A stretch of DNA of 52,224 bases from Candidatus Woesearchaeota archaeon (GTDB taxonomy: Archaea; Nanobdellota; Nanobdellia; Pacearchaeales; GW2011-AR1): positions 1 through 52,224 of the forward strand of contig CAYWEK010000001.1 in assembly GCA_964457475.1 (NCBI GenBank), read 5' to 3'. The notes under the pieces were generated by a model. It had not been told where the DNA came from, made no database searches, and was given only the letters and a program-made list of their open reading frames with translations. Positions 28,042 to 35,024 of this stretch are shown here, piece after piece. Made by a program: the position numbers and the translations under genes. The first letter of the stretch is position 1; every line of letters begins with the position of its first letter.

Positions 28042-31000
28042 ATGAGGGAAGAAAAAACCGAAAAAAATATTTATTTTTCAGTAATTCTAGAGATGTCTCT
28101 GATGATAGGGATGATTTTTGCAATTTCTTATATGATGGGGCAATATTCTCCTAACGGAACTATGATTATCCAATATAATTCATATGCTATTAATCCTGAT
28201 GCTATATTTTTGAAAGCTCTTGGAATATTTGACAAAATTGTGTTTGGCAACACTGGTTTTGCTTCCGCATTATCACAAAGTGACTTGACGAGTGGGGCAT
28301 ATACTTGCCCTATCGATAAGAATGGTTCAATCTGCCAGCAATATACTGCAAGTGACTGCGCAGCGAACTGCGCTGTTGACTGTCTTCCTACAACAGCAGA
28401 CCAAACTTCTCAATGTAAAATAGGAACATGTTATGATCCTGTGCAGGGAACGTGCCAAATAGGGGCGCCTCAAGTTGCGTGCCAACAGGACGGTGGGCAA
28501 TGGTTCAATGATCCTAATGGAAATGTGGCGCAATGTAAACCTGGATGTTGTCTCCTTGGTAGTAATGCATATTTTGAGACTTCACAACAATGTTCGCATG
28601 ATTCTAATGTAACTGGTCTAACGGAGGATTTTAGACCCGAAGTCAGCACTGAACTCGCATGCCTTGCATTATCACAAACACAAGTACAAGGAGCTTGCGT
28701 AATTGCATCTAATACGCAAAATTCTTGTAAGTTCACAACACAGGTTAATTGCGAACAAGATTTAGGTGGAAAATTTTATCCTAACTTATTATGCTCCAAT
28801 AACGCGTTAAACACAGGTTGTAAATCACAGGCAACAATTGGATGTGTACAGGGTAAAGACGAAGTTTATTGGTTTGATTCATGTGGAAATCAGGAGAATA
28901 TTTATGATGCAAATAAAGTCAAAAGTTATAACAATGGAATGATTCTTTCAAAAAATTCCGCCTGTTCGCTTGCCAGCGGAAATAATTTGCTTGCTAATCA
29001 AGCCACGTGTGGAAATTGCAATTTTGTTCTTGGAAGCATATGTGGAGCCAGTACAAATACACAAAAACTTTCTGAGCCGAATGCAAATGTAGTCTGCAAA
29101 GACTTATCATGTGTTGATGCAGATGGACAAAAAAGAGTAAATGGAGAGTCCTGGTGTGCATATCAAGGTTCAACAGGAACTGCCGCAGGAGCAGGAGGAT
29201 TTTTGAGATCTACAGACACTGTTGGAAGTAGAGATTTCAGGGAAACGTGCATAAACGGACAAATAGAAACAGACCAGTGTGCTGATTATAGAAATGAAAT
29301 CTGTGTTGAGTCGCAAACAAGCACTCCCAATACTCCCACTGGTAAAATATCTTCTGCCGCATGTAGAATAAATCTGGGTTATGAATGTTATGATTACAAT
29401 AAAAATAATGACATGAACAGTTGTAAGCAAAACCCTGATTGTTTCGTGAAAAGTGTTCAAGTATCAGGAAGTTTTAATTTTAATATTTGCGCTCCCAAAT
29501 ATGTTCCTGGTTTTGACTTAACTCAAAGAGGTACTGGAGCGGCTGCAATCTGTTCAATAGCTAATCAACAATGCCAAGTCGTTTATGTCAAAGAACTTTT
29601 TGGAGGATGGCAATGCAAAGCAAATTGTGAATGCCAAACTTCATCATTTGCGGAACAAATGAATGATTTATGTATCTCATTAGGAGATTGCGGAACAAAA
29701 GTAAATTATATTGGAGATTTAACGAAAAATGAACATGTTTTCAAGAGCACTAGTAAGGATAGTCTTGGAAATGAAGTTGGAGCAAGCAGTGGAGATTTAA
29801 GCAATAATTATGTTAATGGGTTGGTGAAATATGCTGATGAGAATTTGTTCAAGAATCAGTATATACAAGCATCAGATATATCTTCGCTGTATGGAAATAT
29901 CGGAATTCCTGGATGGCTTGGACAGGCTCAGTCTCCTACAGATCCAACCGCCGGCGTTACCGGAGAACTTTCCATGATATCTGGGATGGTTGGAATTTTA
30001 GTTCTTGCAGCGGCGCATACGAGTATAGGATTAGCATCACTTGGAGCTCTTAGTAGCGCTGTGGCCCAACCAACTGAAATAGGTCAGGTAACTGGCACCG
30101 GAGCTTATGGGCTAACTCCCGCGGCATCTGCAGCGTTCGGCGCAATAGGCGGCGCCACTTTAGGATTAGCTTTAGTTTCTTTCTTGATTGACTTCACAGG
30201 AATAGGAAAGGGCTTACCTCCAGCTGTGACTTATTCTTTAATGGCGGTGGGAGCGACTGCTGGAGGAATAATAGGGGCAAATATAGCTGCTGGCGGAGGA
30301 TTAGGAAGCTTTAGCGCTGCCTGGACAAGCTTGGCATTCTTATCTGCCCTTTCTGTTGTACTGATTGCTATTGTGATTATAGCAATAATAGTCTTATCAT
30401 TACTTGGAATTGGTGATACAAAAACAGTCTATTACTCTTTTGAATGTGATCCATGGCAAGCTCCTAATGGTGGAGCAAAATGCGATCAGTGTGGAAAAGA
30501 TGGATTCCCATGCTCGCAATATTCCTGCCAAAGTCTTGGCCAAAACTGCCAACTAATCAATGAAGGTAGCGCAAATCCTGCATGTGTTAATATTAATCCA
30601 AATGATACTAGCTCACCAGTAATAACTCCTGCAACAAATCTCTTGCCTGATGGATATACTGCACAGCAAACACAGAATGGAGTAAAAATCACAACTTCCA
30701 ATGGTGGATGTCTGACTGAAAATTACCAACAAATACCTTTTGGAATCAATCTTAATAAATATGGACAGTGCAAAATAGACACGGAGCATACTGCATCATT
30801 TGATGATATGCAACAACCACTTGATTCAGGACTTTATCTCGAAAACCATAGTCTTCCATTAGTTATACCTAGTCTTGAAAGCCTTGGAGTTCAAAGCTTT
30901 AATCCAAATGCGACTGCTGATTATAATATTTATTTGAGATGCCAGGACAAATCAGGAAATACGAATACAAATGAGTATGATATAAACTTCTGCATAGCTC

Positions 31001-31920
31001 CTGGTAATGATACAACTCCTGCAGCAATAACATATTCTGATCCTTCAACAAAAACTCTTGCTTTTAATACAACAAGTATTAACGCATCTGTTTACACAAG
31101 CGAACCGGCAAATTGCAACTGGGACACTAAAGATACAGACTATAATTTGATGGCAAATAACTTTAGTTGCGCAACTGATTTTGCACAGAGAACATTATAT
31201 GGATGGAAATGTAATGCTCTTCTTCCTTTCTCTGGAAATTCAACTACGTATTATGTTAGATGTCTTGACCAACCTTGGTTGACTGGGGATAATGCGACAA
31301 AGAGAAATGCAAACACCCAGAGTTATCCTCTAACTTTCACACGTAGTTCAAAAGCATTAAACATAGACTCTATAAATGTTGATGGCAAAAATTTAAGTTT
31401 TGGAGTTGCCCCAGCAAGTGTTGAAGTTGATGTCAAAACATCTGGTGGATTAGATGGCACTGCTGAATGTGCCTATGTTTGGGGAAATTCAACCATTGAC
31501 TTTTTCAGCACATTGAGCACAAGTCACAGCCAAGTATTTCAGACTTTATATCCTGGGGAAATAACTCTTCCAATAATATGCACCGATTCTGTGGGCAACG
31601 TTGCGCAGAAAACAGCACATTTCAATATCCTTCTAGATACAACTCCGCCGATAATAACAAGAATCTATTCTCAATCTGGACAACTCAATATAATAACCGA
31701 TGAACAATCAACATGCTATTATAGTAATGATGATAGTCAAAAATGTCTTTTCGATATAAGCAATGCGAGCATCTTTAACGGGATTTATACAAATGATCAT
31801 AGTATAAACTTTGACACAAGTCAAGTGTATTATGTAAAATGTAAAGATAAAATTGGAAATTATCCTGGAACATGCAGCACAATAGTAAGAGAGGGGAATT
31901 ATGATTCGCAACAATTATAA
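28042..31920 (+). CDS. Giant cysteine-rich surface/membrane protein B1C1 (1292 aa), no family recognised
   Basis: N-terminal signal anchor, a Cys-dense ectodomain (nt ~28290-29725), a Gly/Ala-rich hydrophobic block (~29960-30420), a Cys knot (CDPWQAPNGGAKCDQCGKDGFPCSQYSCQSLGQNCQ) and four repeats delimited by TTPP-like linkers. The N-terminal half is paralogous to 32712-34256 and the C-terminal half to 35025-37217. Confidence 0.7.
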   Translation: MREEKTEKNIYFSVILEMSLMIGMIFAISYMMGQYSPNGTMIIQYNSYAINPDAIFLKALGIFDKIVFGNTGFASALSQSDLTSGAYTCPIDKNGSICQQYTASDCAANCAVDCLPTTADQTSQCKIGTCYDPVQGTCQIGAPQVACQQDGGQWFNDPNGNVAQCKPGCCLLGSNAYFETSQQCSHDSNVTGLTEDFRPEVSTELACLALSQTQVQGACVIASNTQNSCKFTTQVNCEQDLGGKFYPNLLCSNNALNTGCKSQATIGCVQGKDEVYWFDSCGNQENIYDANKVKSYNNGMILSKNSACSLASGNNLLANQATCGNCNFVLGSICGASTNTQKLSEPNANVVCKDLSCVDADGQKRVNGESWCAYQGSTGTAAGAGGFLRSTDTVGSRDFRETCINGQIETDQCADYRNEICVESQTSTPNTPTGKISSAACRINLGYECYDYNKNNDMNSCKQNPDCFVKSVQVSGSFNFNICAPKYVPGFDLTQRGTGAAAICSIANQQCQVVYVKELFGGWQCKANCECQTSSFAEQMNDLCISLGDCGTKVNYIGDLTKNEHVFKSTSKDSLGNEVGASSGDLSNNYVNGLVKYADENLFKNQYIQASDISSLYGNIGIPGWLGQAQSPTDPTAGVTGELSMISGMVGILVLAAAHTSIGLASLGALSSAVAQPTEIGQVTGTGAYGLTPAASAAFGAIGGATLGLALVSFLIDFTGIGKGLPPAVTYSLMAVGATAGGIIGANIAAGGGLGSFSAAWTSLAFLSALSVVLIAIVIIAIIVLSLLGIGDTKTVYYSFECDPWQAPNGGAKCDQCGKDGFPCSQYSCQSLGQNCQLINEGSANPACVNINPNDTSSPVITPATNLLPDGYTAQQTQNGVKITTSNGGCLTENYQQIPFGINLNKYGQCKIDTEHTASFDDMQQPLDSGLYLENHSLPLVIPSLESLGVQSFNPNATADYNIYLRCQDKSGNTNTNEYDINFCIAPGNDTTPAAITYSDPSTKTLAFNTTSINASVYTSEPANCNWDTKDTDYNLMANNFSCATDFAQRTLYGWKCNALLPFSGNSTTYYVRCLDQPWLTGDNATKRNANTQSYPLTFTRSSKALNIDSINVDGKNLSFGVAPASVEVDVKTSGGLDGTAECAYVWGNSTIDFFSTLSTSHSQVFQTLYPGEITLPIICTDSVGNVAQKTAHFNILLDTTPPIITRIYSQSGQLNIITDEQSTCYYSNDDSQKCLFDISNASIFNGIYTNDHSINFDTSQVYYVKCKDKIGNYPGTCSTIVREGNYDSQQL

Positions 31921-31942
31921 ATACGAGTCTTCTCGGATATTC

Positions 31943-32710
31943 ATGCGAGGCAAAAAGGGGCAAATAGCGATATTTGTTATAATAGCAATAGTGATTGTTG
32001 CTATAATCCTGCTCATTGTTTTTTATCCAAGACTTCCTTCTATCACCCAAGGAGCTGAGCTTTCACCTGTTTCTTTTCTTGCAAGTTGCATTCAACCAGA
32101 TCTGAAAACTGATGTTGCTTTGCTTGGTGGCACTGGGGGTTATGCAACACCTGATGCATATCTTGAATATCAAGGAGCTAAAATACAATATTTGTGTTAT
32201 ACTGCTGAAGACTATAAGACCTGTGTTGTGCAACAGCCACTTATAAAAGAAAATTTTGAAAGACAATTAAATACTTTGATAAAAAGTAAAGTTAGCGGAT
32301 GCGTACAAAGTTTGAATCAGGAATATACTAATCAAGGATATCAAGTCACTATAGGAAATGTTGATAGTCAGACAAGCATAAATCCTGGAGACATTCTAAT
32401 ATCAATAACTGCACCTATGACTGCTACAAAGTCTGGAGTGACAAAGAGTTTCACCGGATTCAATGTTGAAGTACCAAGTAAGATGTATGACTTGTTGATG
32501 ATAGCAACAAGCGTAATCGATTATGAATCAACACTTGGAGACTCTGAAACAACACTTTATGTTCAATACTATCCTAATTTGGTGATGCAAAAAATAAGAC
32601 TTGATGATGGCAGTAAAGTTTATAGCCTGACTGATGTTACAACTAATGAAAGTTTTAGATTTGCCTCGAGAAGCCTAGTATGGCCTCCAGGATATGGAAC
32701 AACTACGTAA
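31943..32710 (+). CDS. Pilin-like secreted protein A2 (class III signal peptide)
   Basis: MRGKKGQIAIFVIIAIVIVAIILLIVFY. The shared Cys pattern (C..LC....YK.C..Q.PL) and the C-terminal WPPGY/IPPGI match A1. The tracked start at 31901 would overlap the upstream gene; I prefer Met15. Confidence 0.6.
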   Translation: MRGKKGQIAIFVIIAIVIVAIILLIVFYPRLPSITQGAELSPVSFLASCIQPDLKTDVALLGGTGGYATPDAYLEYQGAKIQYLCYTAEDYKTCVVQQPLIKENFERQLNTLIKSKVSGCVQSLNQEYTNQGYQVTIGNVDSQTSINPGDILISITAPMTATKSGVTKSFTGFNVEVPSKMYDLLMIATSVIDYESTLGDSETTLYVQYYPNLVMQKIRLDDGSKVYSLTDVTTNESFRFASRSLVWPPGYGTTT

Positions 32711-32711
32711 A

Positions 32712-34256
32712 ATGAAAGTAAAAATTAAAAATCTTGGACTAAGAATTACTTTATTAATCAGTTTAGTACTCTTTGTTTCTGTTTTTAGTACTTATTTTAC
32801 TTTGGCAGATAGTCTGAACCAGACAGTTTGTTGTGAAAAAACAACTTCTAATTTATATTGTCAAAATGTTCCAGCAAGTCAGTGCGCTTCTGGATCAAGG
32901 CAAGTGCCAACTTCATGTTCATCAACTTCATTCTGCAATCCTGGAACATGTTACAATTCTGTGCAAGGAACATGTCTTCAAAATACACCACAAATAACCT
33001 GCAATGCAAATGGTGGAATATGGTCTGCACAAAGTCCACCTCAGTGTAATCTTGGATGTTGCCTTCTTGGAGACCAAGCAGCTTATGTGACATTAACAAG
33101 ATGTAAATATCTTTCATCTTCCCTTGGCTTGCAAACAAATTATGATCCTAGCATAACAAGTGAAACTGCTTGTATACAGCAAGTCCAAGGTCAGGATCAA
33201 GGCGCATGTGTTTATACTTCATCCGACTTGCAAACAACATGCAAGTTTACAACTAGAGCACAGTGTAATCTCGGATTTAATGATACTAACACTGCACAAA
33301 CACCACAATTCTATAAGGATACCTTGTGCACAGCTCCAGTTCTTGGCACTAATTGCGCTCCTACTACAAAGACTACTTGCGTTCCAGGTAAAGATGGAGT
33401 TTATTTCGTTGATACATGCGGTAACCCTGCAAATATTTATGATGCATCAAAAATAAATGACCAAGAGTATTGGACTAATGTTAAAACTATCACACAATCA
33501 TGCAGCCCTAACTCAGGAAATTCGAACTCTCAGACATGTGGAAACTGTAATTATCTTCAGGGAAGTATCTGTAGACAATCATCATCAAGTACTGCTAAGC
33601 CAAGCTATGGAAATTATATTTGTCAGGACTTAAATTGTCAACAAACTTCTGATGGTAAGTCTTACAAACAGGGAGAATCATGGTGCGTTTATACTGATTC
33701 GGGATCTCAAAACACTGGCAATAATGCTGTGGGAAGTGAGTTCTACAAACATATATGTGAAAATGGACAAGAAATTCTTGAGCAATGTTCTGGATTTAGG
33801 CAAGAGGTTTGTCTTCAGGGAAGTATACAAACATCTTCAGGATTGTTTTCGCAGGCAGCATGTAGAGTAAATAGATGGCAAGATTGCACTGCACAAACAA
33901 ATCAACAGGATTGCCAGAATACTGATAAAAGAGATTGTCTTTGGGAAAATGGAGTAGGACTTAATGGTTCAACTGGGGGAGCATGTATCCCACAATACAC
34001 TCCAGGTTTGCAATTCTGGAGCGGTAGTGATGCTCAAAATATATGTGCGCAAGGAAACGCGCAATGTATAGTTACATTTGAAAAAGGTTTGTTTGGTGGA
34101 GAGACATGTAAGTCAAATTGTGACTGTTTAACATCTGACTGGCAGAAACAGAGAATACAAGTGTGCGAGGCACTTGGTGATTGTGGACCAAAGGTAAACT
34201 GGATAGGCCAGCAAGGATATGGTTCTGGTTATAATATAACAACAAGTAGCGCCTAA
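32712..34256 (+). CDS. Cysteine-rich secreted protein B2 (paralog of the N-terminal half of the 1292-aa protein)
   Basis: Signal peptide MKVKIKNLGLRITLLISLVLFVSVFSTYFTLA. About 43 Cys by hand count. Collinear anchors with B1 include GTCYNSVQGTC, GCCLLGDQAAYVT, CGNCNYLQGSIC, GESWCVY and LGDCGPKVNWIG. The tracked start is 32694. Confidence 0.7.
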   Translation: MKVKIKNLGLRITLLISLVLFVSVFSTYFTLADSLNQTVCCEKTTSNLYCQNVPASQCASGSRQVPTSCSSTSFCNPGTCYNSVQGTCLQNTPQITCNANGGIWSAQSPPQCNLGCCLLGDQAAYVTLTRCKYLSSSLGLQTNYDPSITSETACIQQVQGQDQGACVYTSSDLQTTCKFTTRAQCNLGFNDTNTAQTPQFYKDTLCTAPVLGTNCAPTTKTTCVPGKDGVYFVDTCGNPANIYDASKINDQEYWTNVKTITQSCSPNSGNSNSQTCGNCNYLQGSICRQSSSSTAKPSYGNYICQDLNCQQTSDGKSYKQGESWCVYTDSGSQNTGNNAVGSEFYKHICENGQEILEQCSGFRQEVCLQGSIQTSSGLFSQAACRVNRWQDCTAQTNQQDCQNTDKRDCLWENGVGLNGSTGGACIPQYTPGLQFWSGSDAQNICAQGNAQCIVTFEKGLFGGETCKSNCDCLTSDWQKQRIQVCEALGDCGPKVNWIGQQGYGSGYNITTSSA

Positions 34257-34317
34257 TTATTTATGTCACTTATTAGTAACAGCAAAGTTTAAATATCTAT
34301 AATTTTCTTAATCTTTT

Positions 34318-34971
34318 ATGAAAATAGGTAAACATTTAGGAATTGCAGGTTTAGTTACTGCCGGAACTATTTTGAGTGGGTGCGATGCTACTATGCGAGA
34401 AGATGGTGCAAATGTCTTAGACAATCTAGCAAACAGAGTAGTTACTGGAGGAGCAGTATATGATGCTAATTCACAAATTCAGGCAAACCAAGGCAATTAC
34501 AGAGCCGCTGCAGCGTGGGGCGCACTTGCAGAAACTGCACAAAATGACTACAATAGGCAAACAGCTATAGATGCTGCTGAGGCTGGAAGAAGCGATATAA
34601 CTATCAATAATTATCCTTCCCAGAAGAATAGGCAGATAGATTTAATTCTTTGTTATTGGAAAGACATGAACAATAATGGTAAAATTGATTTAAATGAAAT
34701 TTCTATAAGAAAAACTTTTTATGCTCCTGCAAATGTAACTATATTGGATACAAGTACGGTTACTATTCCATACAACGTTGATATTAAATTATTCAAAGAT
34801 GCAGACGTATTAAGTATAAAAGAAATGCGTTTGAATGGACTTACTCATGACGGTTTCTCGGAAATCTCTGCGCTGACATTTTATGGTCTGACAGATGGTT
34901 ATTACTCTGCTGAGTGCTCTGTTAATGGCGAAATAATCAAAGAATTGACATTTAATGTTGTAAATGAATGA
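34318..34971 (+). CDS. Putative lipoprotein (217 aa)
   Basis: Lipobox-like N-terminus MKIGKHLGIAGLVTAGTILSGC. It has its own TATA (gtttaaatat) centred 26 nt upstream of the ATG. Confidence 0.6.
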   Translation: MKIGKHLGIAGLVTAGTILSGCDATMREDGANVLDNLANRVVTGGAVYDANSQIQANQGNYRAAAAWGALAETAQNDYNRQTAIDAAEAGRSDITINNYPSQKNRQIDLILCYWKDMNNNGKIDLNEISIRKTFYAPANVTILDTSTVTIPYNVDIKLFKDADVLSIKEMRLNGLTHDGFSEISALTFYGLTDGYYSAECSVNGEIIKELTFNVVNE

Positions 34972-35024
34972 TGGAATTATTAACCTTCAAGAATATTTAT
35001 AAACATAAAAATTCTTGATAAGAT

